From the NCBI GenBank assembly GCA_046727115.1, contig JBKPBZ010000028.1:1-62248 (forward strand): a DNA stretch of 62,248 nt, written 5' to 3'. The notes under the pieces were generated by a model. That model made no database searches. It had not been told where the DNA came from and saw only the letters and a list, made by a program, of their open reading frames with translations. Position numbers and translations under genes: made by a program. The stretch is from Actinomycetota bacterium. GTDB taxonomy: Bacteria > Actinomycetota > Actinomycetes > Actinomycetales > Micrococcaceae. Shown in pieces: positions 1-9,140 of this stretch (position 1 is its first letter; each line of letters begins with the position of its first letter).

Positions 1-141
1 CCGGTAGTAGGCGGTCGGGTATCTGCGGGGGGTCGGGTAGCCCATCCGCCGATGTTACTGCGGTTACGCAGTGCGGCCCCCCTGTCCCTGGGAAGGCAGG
101 AGGGCCGCTGGCTCCGCTGGTGGATCTAGGAGGGCGGTCAG
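1..141. repeat. Terminal direct repeat, left copy (circular assembly overlap)
   Basis: 1-141 is identical to 62108-62248; 141 is a common assembler k-mer size. Confidence 0.95.
73..108 (-). terminator. Hairpin, likely terminator after the Ig-like gene
   Basis: GCGGCCC-C-CCTG...CAGG-A-GGGCCGC stem 30 nt downstream of the stop at 138. Confidence 0.55.
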
Positions 142-623
142 ACGTCGGGGGTGACCTCGGTCGGTTCACCGGCAGCGATGTTGAACCGCTCGGCCAGACC
201 CGCGACAACGACGATCTGCAGGTCACCGGTGACGGTCTGGCCAGCGCCGGTGGCGTCTGCGTGGACGTTGGCGGTGCCGAGGGCGCCGACGGCGGCAGCG
301 ACGGCGGTGCCGTCGCCGTTGTCGGTGAGGTTGATGATGGTGGGGTCATCGACCGTGTAGGTGACGGTGGCGTCGGCCGGGGTGTCGACGGGGTTGCCTA
401 CCTCGTCGGTCCACTGGCCCGTGAGCGTCACTTGCATGTCGGCGGCAAGATCCATGATGGCGTCAGCCTTCCCTGTGGCGGTGTTGTACGGCGGCCCCTT
501 GACCACCCGATCCGCGGGGGTCGTGGACCTGGGCACGCTGGCGTGGATGATGAACCGCCGTCGTGCTGCTCCCTTGACCAGCAGCTCCACCGACAGGGTT
601 ACGTCGCCCAGATCCAGCTTCAC
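138..623 (-). CDS. Ig-like/beta-sandwich virion-associated protein
   Basis: GTG start at 623; T/V/A/D-rich beta-strand pattern (VTLTGQWTDEVGNPVDTP...VTYTVDDPTII...DGTAVAAAVG); lies in the head module. Confidence 0.6.
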   Translation of the reverse strand: MKLDLGDVTLSVELLVKGAARRRFIIHASVPRSTTPADRVVKGPPYNTATGKADAIMDLAADMQVTLTGQWTDEVGNPVDTPADATVTYTVDDPTIINLTDNGDGTAVAAAVGALGTANVHADATGAGQTVTGDLQIVVVAGLAERFNIAAGEPTEVTPDV

Positions 624-725
624 GCCCCGGACCCTACCCCGATTCGCTGACGCGAACCGGTGGTGACGGCCGCCCCGCCGGTTTGCACCGCCGATGGCGC
701 GCCTGGCGACGGGTCCCCGATGGGG

Positions 726-984
726 CAGCACCGGCGGTCGTCAGCCCTGATGCCGGCGCCGACCAGAATACGCGCACCGGCCCCCGCTCCACTGGGGATC
801 GGGGGCCGGTGTTGTTGTCGTGCCGGCGGGGCGCTCAGCAAGCTGAGACACCGACCCCGTGGGGCCGCCCCGCCTTCATGGTGTAGGGGTGGGCGCATGT
901 AGCGCCTGCGATCGGTCGGGCCTGACACCGCACTGGTGCACCAGCTCGCCCTTGGACTGGGCGCAGTCGACCAGGCCCGGACCG
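726..984 (-). ncRNA. Candidate structured RNA region (two three-way junctions plus hairpins)
   Basis: Stems 913-924/972-984, 825-833/866-874, 775-786/800-811, 726-735/752-761; G-U pairs valid only on minus; no convincing ORF. Confidence 0.4.
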
Positions 985-989
985 TGAGG

Positions 990-1223
990 CTACACAGTCC
1001 GCAGCTTGCCGCCGTTGGTCTGCTGCCACCCGAACGCCGGAACGTGGGCGTCGAAGTAGGCGACGGTGGTGCCGTTGACCACCCGGTAGCGCGCCCCGTC
1101 CGGTGCAGGCTCATCAGGGGCCAGCACAGCCAGGGGTTCCCCGGGGGTCGGGGCCTGGTAGTCGCCCGACGTGATCAGGTCACGGCCGACCGCTGGGGTC
1201 GACTGGCCGCAGCCGCAACCCAT
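990..1223 (-). CDS. Small protein with MGCGC N-terminus
   Basis: ATG at 1223 overlaps the upstream stop; an MGCGC start is seen in small actinophage head-region proteins. Confidence 0.7.
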   Translation of the reverse strand: MGCGCGQSTPAVGRDLITSGDYQAPTPGEPLAVLAPDEPAPDGARYRVVNGTTVAYFDAHVPAFGWQQTNGGKLRTV

Positions 1224-2539
1224 TACTGCACCAGCGCCTGGATGGTCATGTCGAACCAGAACCGGTGCCCCTTGTCGGTCGGGTGGACGGTGTCGGCGAA
1301 GAAGCCGGCGTCGTTCCATTTCTTGAACGACCGGCCCGCGGCCCCCCATACGTCGACCAGCGCCGCGCCCACGCCCTCAGCCATATCGGCGACCGCTGCG
1401 GCGATGTCAGCCTTGATGCTGCGGGTGTCGAACCAGTTGGCGAAGTGGGGGATGAGGAAAATGGTGTCCGGGGCGTAGGTCTGGGTGTTGCTGGACAGGT
1501 ACTGGGACACGATCTTGGATGCCCCGTCCCGGTAGGTGGCGCCGCTGTAGTCGGCGCTGGCGGGGTCGTTGGCGCCCAACGGGATGATGCAGATGTCGGG
1601 GCGGCCCAGGCCGTTGGCTAGGAACGGTTCGTTGGTGGTGCCCGGGACCCCAGACCACGACGGGGCGTTCAACGTGAGGTCCATTGCGTTGGTGCCCGAC
1701 GCGTTGGCGTTCGCTGACAGCGTCGCGGCGGTGGCGCTGGTCACCGAGGCGATGGTGGTGTCAGCGGGGATGCCGGTCCCGCTCAGGTACTTTCCCGCCA
1801 TGTAGGGACGGAAACTGCCACCGGACGCTGTCGTGATCGCCGTGTTCCCGTTGGTGGTCGTGACGGCCGGGATGTGCTCCAGCACCGTGGCGGCGTAGTG
1901 GCTGGCGGCCCGCCCGGACTGGCCCAGCCGGTTGACGACGACCCCGCGGGTGCGGGTGGCCTGCAGCCCGTGGATGACCACGGTCCCCGACAGCCATTCG
2001 ATGTCGACGGTGTGGGCGATGTCGGCGAGGCCGGTGGCGTTGATGTCGCCGGGTTCCTGCCCGAACGCTGTGGGTGGGGTGACGGTGGTCCAGCTGCCGC
2101 CGTCGACACGCCAACGGAACGAGCCGGTGACGTTGGCGTTGCGGTGGAAGATGCGGATGCTGGTGCCGTAGATGTTGGTCCACTGCAGCGTGGCGGTGGC
2201 GGTCGCCCGGGCGCCGCCGCCAGCGAACCCCATCTCACCTGTCCACGTCCCCGTCTTCACCGCGTACTCGTGCGACAGGTAGCCGCTGCCACCGTCACCC
2301 CAGTGGGTATGGAACCAGCCCTCCAGCAGCCCGGCATAGGACGTATCCCGGGGGTTGGTACTGCCCTGCCCCTGGGCGCTGATGCTGTCACCCCAGATCG
2401 ATGCCTGCACCAGCCGACTCCCCACCTCGGCCCGCGCCCGCATCTGGCGTAGCCCGTAACCGGACGGGATCGTGATGAACGGCTTGGACGTCGGCAGCGC
2501 CTGGGTCAGAGTCTGCAGCAGCTCATTGTCAGTGACCAC
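1223..2539 (-). CDS. SGNH/GDSL esterase, probably virion-associated
   Basis: All four SGNH blocks: WGDSIS, GQSG, LGAND, DTVHP; Thr/Ala-rich beta insertions. Confidence 0.8.
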   Translation of the reverse strand: MVTDNELLQTLTQALPTSKPFITIPSGYGLRQMRARAEVGSRLVQASIWGDSISAQGQGSTNPRDTSYAGLLEGWFHTHWGDGGSGYLSHEYAVKTGTWTGEMGFAGGGARATATATLQWTNIYGTSIRIFHRNANVTGSFRWRVDGGSWTTVTPPTAFGQEPGDINATGLADIAHTVDIEWLSGTVVIHGLQATRTRGVVVNRLGQSGRAASHYAATVLEHIPAVTTTNGNTAITTASGGSFRPYMAGKYLSGTGIPADTTIASVTSATAATLSANANASGTNAMDLTLNAPSWSGVPGTTNEPFLANGLGRPDICIIPLGANDPASADYSGATYRDGASKIVSQYLSSNTQTYAPDTIFLIPHFANWFDTRSIKADIAAAVADMAEGVGAALVDVWGAAGRSFKKWNDAGFFADTVHPTDKGHRFWFDMTIQALVQ

Positions 2540-2540
2540 C

Positions 2541-5537
2541 TCACACCCCTAGGGCGCGGCGCACCCGGTCTGCTGGGTTGCGGCCGGCGGCGTCGGTGAC
2601 CCAGCGGACGGCCGCGGCGCGCCGGTGGGCGTCCGGGTCGTGGCCAGGGGGCTGCTGGTAGCGGACCGGCACTGAGGAGGCGACGAGGGTGCCGTGGTCG
2701 ATCGTGATGTTCGCTGCGGCAGCGGTCGCGAACCCGGGTGACGGGACCAGCAGGGTGGCGACCAGTTCAGACCAGCCGGGCCGGTCCGGGTGGGGTTGCC
2801 AGTCGCCGCTGCAGCGGCACATCAGCGCCCGGGCGACCTTGTCGGCGCTGACGCCGGGGAGGAGGGCACCGGCGATCCAGATGCCGCCCAGGGTGCGGTC
2901 CTCGCCGACAGCGACGGCGCCGATGATGCTGCACGCGTTGTCGTAGTGCTCTCGGGCCACCTGGTGGTTGGCGCGCTGCATGGCGGCGTGCCCGCAGTCC
3001 ATCGTCAGGGGGCCGGCGGGGATGCGGCCGGCGTCGGTCATGGTGCCGGGACCCATGAACCGGTCGTAGTCGACGTTCCCGAACGGGGCCTCCAGACGGC
3101 TACCGGACCGCGCCCAGGCCCGGTGACCGGTGCCCAGGGGGGCCAGCAGCCCCCAGATCCGGCCCTCGGGGCTGATCGTGAGGCCAGCACCCATGGGGAC
3201 ATCATGCGGGGCCTCGAACCACGCAGCCGGCGGCAGGTCCCGCAGCTCGATCGTGTACGCCGCGGCGGTGACCGCCTGGACCATGTCGGCGGGTGTGACA
3301 TCAGCCGTTAAATTTTTACCCCGAATGTCACACCGGCAGGACGACGTGCCTCCGCACCCGCAATCGTGGGTAGCGGCGGCCGCCATCTCTATCGGCGTCT
3401 CCTCGTCCTCCGGGTCCGGGCCGTCCGGTGGGGTGCCGTAGCCCAGGGCATCCAGCAGTTCTGGTGTCGGTTCGACGGTGGCGTCCGCCTGCGCCGGGGT
3501 ACTGACCGCCGTCAGCTCAGCCACATTGGCGCCGTCGATGTGCGCCCGCAACGGCTCGAACACTTCCGTAGACGGGGCCGGGTCGTCCGGATCAGGTTCC
3601 GGGCCAGGCTCCGGCCAATCCAGCGTGACGGTCGCCCGCGTCTCGTCCGCCCCGATGCTGACCCACCGCGCGAACCCCTCCGCTACCTGCCGCCCGAACT
3701 CCTGCCCATCCAGGCTGCCCAGGTCCAGCTGGACGAACCCCCAGTGGTTGTCCCCGTCCTCGACCACCCGGGTGACCAGACCCACGGGCACAACCACAGG
3801 CTGGCCGCCGTGGGCGCTGCTGTTCTTCTGCCAATGAAACGCGAACGGGGTGTCCCGGTACGTCAGGTTGGTGAAGATGCGGCCGGTGTCGTTCAGCCCC
3901 GTCGCCTTGCCCTCCACATGCATGAGGCTGCGCAGGTGCTCACCGGGCTGCGGCGGGGGGCCGTCACCCATCCCGGTCGGGGCGGGTGACGCTGCGGTCA
4001 GGACCATCGCGGCCCGGATGTGGGCCATGCGGTCATCGAACTCGGCCTGGTCCATGGGGGCCTCCGTGGCGGTCAGGGCGCTGAGCGGATAGTCGTACGC
4101 GGTGGAGCCGTAGGTCAACCGGATGCGGTCGAACACGATCGGCCCCTCATAGCCCTGGGCGAGGGCCAGGATGCTGCCGGCGGGCGGGTTGTAGGCCAGG
4201 CACATGTGCGCGACCCAGGGGGCGTGCTGGGTCGGCCAGAACGGTTCGCTGGCCCCGTCGTGCGCCGCGTACTCGACCGCATGCCAGGCGACAGCGTGGA
4301 CGGGGTCCAGCTGAGGGCCGCCGATCGACAGGACCAGGGACGGGGTGTCGCCGGTGGTGTTCCACACCGCGGCACCGAACACCCGGGCATCGACAGGCGG
4401 CAGTCCCGCAGCGATCTCGGCCACGTACTGCTGCAGCTGGGTGAACACGCCCTGGGGCATCGCCGTAGCCTCACCCAGGAAGGCGAGGGTCAGGTGCAGC
4501 GCGTCGGCGGGTTCGGCGCCGTCGGTGTCCAGGACCCACGCCTGCGGGTCGGCGGGCACCAGGGCGATCATGGCGCCGGTGTGCGGTTCACCGGTCGTGG
4601 TGTCCACCTGGGGTGGGCCGACGTCAGCGACGATCGTGCCCTCAAGCGTGGCGACGTGTCGTGGCGCGGGTCGATCGAAGACGAGGTCGTGTTCGATGCT
4701 GGCGGCGGTGATGCCGCCCTGGCCGCGGCCCGTCTGGTCCAGGTCCATGCCGTCGGCGGTGTCGACGTACAGGGTGGTGCACCGGCAGTTGATCACCTCA
4801 CCAGCCGGACCGGCAGGGTCGCCGGGCACCCGAAGATGGGCGTCCCCGACCTGGAACCGGTCACCGAACGGGACGACCTGGCCGTCAGCGTGCCGGTGGC
4901 TGGGCCGGGTCCGGTTGTCCATCGTCGCCAGCCACTGCTTGAACGGCGGCGCGTCGTCGCCCATCAACGCCACCCGGGCGTCCGCACCCAGGTTGCTGGC
5001 CGCAATCACCTCGGTGCGCGCCAGGGCGTCGGCGGCGTTCCGGGACAGGTCAGTGACGTCCCTGATCCGTGCCCGCAGATCCTCGATGCCCTCCCCGGCA
5101 GCGAACCCGACGACCAGCTCATCACGGGCCGCTGTCCAGGCGGCGTCACCCAGGGCGTAGAACCGGGGCCGGGCGTTCGCCAGGTAGTCGGCGGCGGTCT
5201 GGTCGAGCATCGATTCGCCAGCAGCAGCCAGGTCCGGGACAGGTACGCCCAGCGCGGCGACCTGTTCAGCGGCCTGGCGTGCACCCAGCCGGTAGACGTT
5301 CCGGAAGTAGGGGGCGACCGTCTCATCCACCTCGGCATGCCAGCCGGCGCTGAGAGCGGCCAGGTCGTCCAGGTTCGCTGCCGCCTGCCCACCATCCTCA
5401 GGTCCAGCGGCGGCGGTGATGCGCCCGAACCTGGCGGCGATGCCGTCGAGGAGGCCGCTGAGGTGGGACAGCATCATGGCGGCGGCCGCGGCCTCCAACG
5501 CCATCACCCGGCGGCGGTGTTCGTCACGGATGCTCAT
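2541..5537 (-). CDS. Fusion of MuF minor head protein, 2H phosphoesterase and capsid maturation protease
   Basis: MuF: KQWLATMDNRTRPSH...PGDP...EVINCRC; 2H motifs HLTLAF and HMCLAY; protease-like region (EG...GRIF...AHGG...VG...WVSIGAD); directly follows the portal gene. Confidence 0.8.
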   Translation of the reverse strand: MSIRDEHRRRVMALEAAAAAMMLSHLSGLLDGIAARFGRITAAAGPEDGGQAAANLDDLAALSAGWHAEVDETVAPYFRNVYRLGARQAAEQVAALGVPVPDLAAAGESMLDQTAADYLANARPRFYALGDAAWTAARDELVVGFAAGEGIEDLRARIRDVTDLSRNAADALARTEVIAASNLGADARVALMGDDAPPFKQWLATMDNRTRPSHRHADGQVVPFGDRFQVGDAHLRVPGDPAGPAGEVINCRCTTLYVDTADGMDLDQTGRGQGGITAASIEHDLVFDRPAPRHVATLEGTIVADVGPPQVDTTTGEPHTGAMIALVPADPQAWVLDTDGAEPADALHLTLAFLGEATAMPQGVFTQLQQYVAEIAAGLPPVDARVFGAAVWNTTGDTPSLVLSIGGPQLDPVHAVAWHAVEYAAHDGASEPFWPTQHAPWVAHMCLAYNPPAGSILALAQGYEGPIVFDRIRLTYGSTAYDYPLSALTATEAPMDQAEFDDRMAHIRAAMVLTAASPAPTGMGDGPPPQPGEHLRSLMHVEGKATGLNDTGRIFTNLTYRDTPFAFHWQKNSSAHGGQPVVVPVGLVTRVVEDGDNHWGFVQLDLGSLDGQEFGRQVAEGFARWVSIGADETRATVTLDWPEPGPEPDPDDPAPSTEVFEPLRAHIDGANVAELTAVSTPAQADATVEPTPELLDALGYGTPPDGPDPEDEETPIEMAAAATHDCGCGGTSSCRCDIRGKNLTADVTPADMVQAVTAAAYTIELRDLPPAAWFEAPHDVPMGAGLTISPEGRIWGLLAPLGTGHRAWARSGSRLEAPFGNVDYDRFMGPGTMTDAGRIPAGPLTMDCGHAAMQRANHQVAREHYDNACSIIGAVAVGEDRTLGGIWIAGALLPGVSADKVARALMCRCSGDWQPHPDRPGWSELVATLLVPSPGFATAAAANITIDHGTLVASSVPVRYQQPPGHDPDAHRRAAAVRWVTDAAGRNPADRVRRALGV

Positions 5538-7495
5538 GAGGCCACCACCCGCAGCACCAGCTCAGCCGGCGACATGACCGGGGCGGCGGTCAGGTAGCCC
5601 TGTAGCAGTTCCCAGCTGTGTGGGCGACGCTCGGCTAGGAGGCCACGGACGTAGCCGTCCAGGGCGTCAACCAGCGGCCCCTCCGGCACCCCCAGTTGCG
5701 CGGCGATGACGGGGGCACGGTCCCAGGCGCCGTCTAGTAGCCGGTCGACCGGTTGTAGTTCGGCGGCGACGCACACGGTGTGGACGTCGGGGGCCGCTAC
5801 GTCTAGGTCGGGGGCGAGGCGGCGGCCGGGGGACCGGCGGGCCATGGCCTGCCGCAACCGGTTCCCCGCCTTCTCCAACACCCGGTACACCATCGCATCG
5901 GCGGCGGCGACCAGGGCCAGGTCCACCCCCGCGGCCTCCGGGCGGTCCTCACGGGACGGGGCTGGGGCACTGGGTTCGGTCGCTGGGACGGGGGCGAGCG
6001 GGGCCGGCGGCTCCTCCTCCGCTGGCTGCGGGGCCGGGCCACCAGGCGGCGTGGCGACGGTGGCCGGCGGCAGCTCACCCTCCTCGACCACCCCCAGGTT
6101 GACTAGGGCGGCGCGGGTCAGTTCGGGGTCCGGGTTGTTGTCCAGCACCTTCAACCAGATGCGCTGGTTCCGTTCGTCACCCGACGGCGGGTCCCATTCC
6201 GACAGGCCCGTTTCCTGCCGGTACGCGTCGCCGCTGATCTCGATCCGGTCCCACGCGTCCTTGGCGTCCATCGACTTGTCCGGCTTCGCCGTCAGGTCGC
6301 TGATGTCGTACCACACCAGGATCTGCTCGCCGTCCGCCCCCACCATCTCCTGGCCCTCGGTCGCCCGCATCAGCATCCCCGGGTCCTCAGGCAGATCCAT
6401 GGCCTGACGCAACCGGGCCTCACCCAACATGGCCGGGGTCAGATAGCCCTTGGTCAGGCCATCGCACACCAGCTCCAGGTTCGGCACGACGTGGATCTTC
6501 GTACCCTCCTCCGCCGTCGCCTGCTTCCCCCAGTGGTTCTCCTGTTCGCCGGTCATCGACCGGACGGGCATGTCCATGGCGGTGCCCAGGCGCTGGATCA
6601 GTTCGTTACGTAGCTCCAGCGCATGTTCATCGAACGGGGAGAAGAAGTGGACGGGGCCGATCTTGCCCAGGTGGTCGGGCTTCACCTTGAACGGGAACGG
6701 AGCGAACGCCGCGGCGCTAGCCCGGTTCTTGATCGGCGCCACGAACGTCTTCAACAGCTCCTCAATGAACGCCTCGAACCCGCCGGGGAAGTCGAGGTCG
6801 TTGGGGAGGGGCAGGAGGCCGGCACCGGCCAGGCGGCTGGTCGCCATCGACTCGATCGCCTGGGTGAGGAGGGACAGTTCCCGCAGGATCGGCAGCGCGC
6901 CCCGTACCGGGCTGTCGGGGCGCCAGTGCCGCTGCGGGTCCGGGCGCCACACCTTCACCACCAGCCCGTTGGGACCCAGGTTCATCCAGTCGTTGGTCTG
7001 GTCGCCGGTCTGGACGTCGTACGTGTACCGGCCGTCCTCGGTGCGGATGTTGGGGCTGAGGCGGATCTCGTCCGCGTCCCTGACCTGGAACGTGGCGCCA
7101 CCCCAACGCTGGTCGGGGGCATAGCCGACGAGGTAGCCGGCGCCGGGGGTCATCAAGTAGGTGGCGAACGCCCGCAGCAGCGCCGATTGGCCGCCGATGC
7201 CACCGGCCAGCTGGGCGACATAGGCCGACGCGGGGTGGGTGTCGGGCAGCGGTTCAGGCTCGGCTGCAGGGCTGTCGCGGCGGGCTGCGAACAGGCGGGC
7301 GCGGCCCATGTTGTTCCCCAGCCACATCTCGGCGTAACGGACCTCGCCCGTCGTGTCGCGGTAGTGCCAGGCGTCCTCCGCCCACGCCTCAGGTTTCGGG
7401 GCGTCCTGGACGGTGGCCTGCAGGATCTTCGCTGCCGCCGTCATGCCGTTCACGGGGGCCGGTCGGGCCTTCCGTAGCCGGATGAGGTCGCCCAC
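5534..7495 (-). CDS. Portal protein
   Basis: 653 aa; AWHYRDTTGEVRY, VWRPDP...DSPVR, SRLAGAGLL, NHW motifs typical of actinophage portals; upstream of MuF. Confidence 0.85.
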   Translation of the reverse strand: MGDLIRLRKARPAPVNGMTAAAKILQATVQDAPKPEAWAEDAWHYRDTTGEVRYAEMWLGNNMGRARLFAARRDSPAAEPEPLPDTHPASAYVAQLAGGIGGQSALLRAFATYLMTPGAGYLVGYAPDQRWGGATFQVRDADEIRLSPNIRTEDGRYTYDVQTGDQTNDWMNLGPNGLVVKVWRPDPQRHWRPDSPVRGALPILRELSLLTQAIESMATSRLAGAGLLPLPNDLDFPGGFEAFIEELLKTFVAPIKNRASAAAFAPFPFKVKPDHLGKIGPVHFFSPFDEHALELRNELIQRLGTAMDMPVRSMTGEQENHWGKQATAEEGTKIHVVPNLELVCDGLTKGYLTPAMLGEARLRQAMDLPEDPGMLMRATEGQEMVGADGEQILVWYDISDLTAKPDKSMDAKDAWDRIEISGDAYRQETGLSEWDPPSGDERNQRIWLKVLDNNPDPELTRAALVNLGVVEEGELPPATVATPPGGPAPQPAEEEPPAPLAPVPATEPSAPAPSREDRPEAAGVDLALVAAADAMVYRVLEKAGNRLRQAMARRSPGRRLAPDLDVAAPDVHTVCVAAELQPVDRLLDGAWDRAPVIAAQLGVPEGPLVDALDGYVRGLLAERRPHSWELLQGYLTAAPVMSPAELVLRVVAS

Positions 7496-7497
7496 GC

Positions 7498-7797
7498 TCA
7501 GTCGCCCTTCGCCTCATGCGTCTCCTGGCCCACGATCCACCCGGCGGCATAGGCGGCGGTGGGCCAGACGAGGAGGGGGGCGGGCAGGTCGTAGCGCCAG
7601 GCCGTCAGGGCGGTGATGATGCCGGCGACCCAGACGCCCATGCACCACGGGCAGCTGGTCAGGTAGTCCTGCCAGTCGCCACGTGCAGCGGCCCAGGATC
7701 GGGCGATCGCGATGGGCGGGAACGCGTCGGCGACGAGGAGGCGGGTTACCCGTGCTGTGGCTAGGCACACCAGCACGATCAGCAGCGGGGCACTCAT
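7498..7797 (-). CDS. DUF1360-like membrane protein
   Basis: ARVTRLLVAD...LTSCPWCMGVW motif with transmembrane segments; commonly precedes the portal gene. Confidence 0.75.
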   Translation of the reverse strand: MSAPLLIVLVCLATARVTRLLVADAFPPIAIARSWAAARGDWQDYLTSCPWCMGVWVAGIITALTAWRYDLPAPLLVWPTAAYAAGWIVGQETHEAKGD

Positions 7798-7852
7798 TGG
7801 GTCGTGAGTGTAGAACGCGTACCGCGCGACCGTGGGGTTACGGAGGGGGGAC

Positions 7853-7890
7853 GGCCCCCGGGCAGGGGTCCGTAACCGTGCCCGGGGGCC
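7853..7890 (-). terminator. Hairpin terminator
   Basis: 12-bp inverted repeat GGCCCCCGGGCA/TGCCCGGGGGCC downstream of the 7924 ORF. Confidence 0.65.
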
Positions 7891-7923
7891 TGATGGGGAC
7901 CGGACAGGTCCGTGACCGGGATG

Positions 7924-8385
7924 CTAGCCCGGCACGTCGGCCGTCACCGTCTCCAGGATCTCGGCCAGCCGGTGGGCCTGGCTGATGGGCAGACTGACGC
8001 TGATGCGGTCGGTGCCGTGGCTGAACCGGCCGGCGGCGACCCCGACCGCTATGAATGTCGCATCCAGTCGGGTCGATGCCTGGGTGGCAACCTGGGCTTC
8101 GGCCTTCCACTTCTCGTACCTGTCCGCCTTCGGCTGGAACGGGGTCAGGTCGCCAGGCCTGTACCACCGGTTCGTGTAGAAGCTGTCGGTGGATTCGTCG
8201 CCTGGCGGGATGACGGCCCCGGACTGATAGTCCAGCTCCTCGACCCTGCATTCCCGGACGGCGCGGCTGCCGGCGAACAGCCGGCGGGGTTCGATCGCGG
8301 TGACGCGCAACCGGCAGGGCTGCTGATCGCTGCCGGAACAACTGATCGTGACCTCATCGCCAACGGCGACCTCGGTGATCCTCAT
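7924..8385 (-). CDS. Hypothetical protein
   Basis: ATGA coupling to the upstream gene; protein-like composition. Confidence 0.7.
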   Translation of the reverse strand: MRITEVAVGDEVTISCSGSDQQPCRLRVTAIEPRRLFAGSRAVRECRVEELDYQSGAVIPPGDESTDSFYTNRWYRPGDLTPFQPKADRYEKWKAEAQVATQASTRLDATFIAVGVAAGRFSHGTDRISVSLPISQAHRLAEILETVTADVPG

Positions 8386-8726
8386 GACGCATCACCGCCC
8401 ACAGCCGGGATGTACTGCAGCTCCGCCTTGATCGCCTCGGCCATTGCCACCCTGACCGGATGCGGCCACCGGTGGATGATGCCCTCCCAGCTATCGGCGA
8501 CGGGGTAGATGGCAGTGGTCCCGCGGGCAGCCCACCCGGACCATGTGTCGGTGGCGGCCTCGTAATTGACGGCGTAGTCGCCGTGGCCGTCGGTCGTGTA
8601 CGGGGCCTGGGTCCGCCATTCAGCCCGCTGGGTGCTGACCTGGAACAGGACCGGGACGTCCCCGATCACATGGGCGTGGGTGCGGGGCTGGCCGGCAGGC
8701 CACTGGGTCAGGTCGAGGGCGGTCAT
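8382..8726 (-). CDS. Hypothetical protein
   Basis: ATGA-coupled at both ends. Confidence 0.7.
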   Translation of the reverse strand: MTALDLTQWPAGQPRTHAHVIGDVPVLFQVSTQRAEWRTQAPYTTDGHGDYAVNYEAATDTWSGWAARGTTAIYPVADSWEGIIHRWPHPVRVAMAEAIKAELQYIPAVGGDAS

Positions 8727-8911
8727 GCCACATGCCGATGCTGCTCAGGATGCACGGTGTACTGCTCACAGGCCGGGCACCAGGTTCGGGGGCCGCATGT
8801 GGGCGAACCACAGGTGCAGCCGGTACAGCCATTCGGGTAGAGGCAATCCTCGGGGTAATGGTCCATCGACAGCGGGCAGCTGCACCGCTGATCGATTGAG
8901 GCCATGGTCAT
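8723..8911 (-). CDS. Small Cys-rich (Zn-binding) protein
   Basis: GGAGACACC-ATG start at 8911; CSC...C...CTGCTC...C...CPAC. Confidence 0.65.
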   Translation of the reverse strand: MTMASIDQRCSCPLSMDHYPEDCLYPNGCTGCTCGSPTCGPRTWCPACEQYTVHPEQHRHVA

Positions 8912-8929
8912 GGTGTCTCCCTTCGGGTG

Positions 8930-9091
8930 GTGGTCCCCCACCACGCCCAGCCCGTACTCGCGCCTACCTGCACTGACGCCCGTTGCCCCTGGCACAGCAG
9001 CCTGACTGGTTGACCGGTGGGGCGGTGGACCGTTGAGGGGAGGTACTGGCAACTGGTGCGTCCTGACGGATCTACGTGGTGGGGGAACCAC
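8930..9091 (-). ncRNA. Candidate rod-like structured RNA or 5' leader
   Basis: Closing stem 9075-9091/8930-8945 (16 bp, one bulge); inner GACGC/GCGTC and GTTGCC/GGCAAC stems; begins right after a motif promoter. Confidence 0.5.
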
Positions 9092-9107
9092 AGGTTACCG
9101 CGCTAAC
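9092..9107 (-). promoter_or_regulatory. Perfect copy of the operator/promoter motif GTTACCGCGCTAAC with -10 TAACCT
   Basis: Member of the ~18-copy motif family. Confidence 0.75.
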
Positions 9108-9140
9108 AGCCGGTAGGGAAGGGCGGACGCGCAGCGGCCC

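Noticed and set aside
1-141. Terminal repeat as a biological direct terminal repeat
   Set aside because: Its length matches a common assembler k-mer and it cuts through coding sequence; more likely a circularisation overlap
913-984. Hammerhead ribozyme
   Set aside because: The three-way junction lacks the CUGANGA and GAAA core
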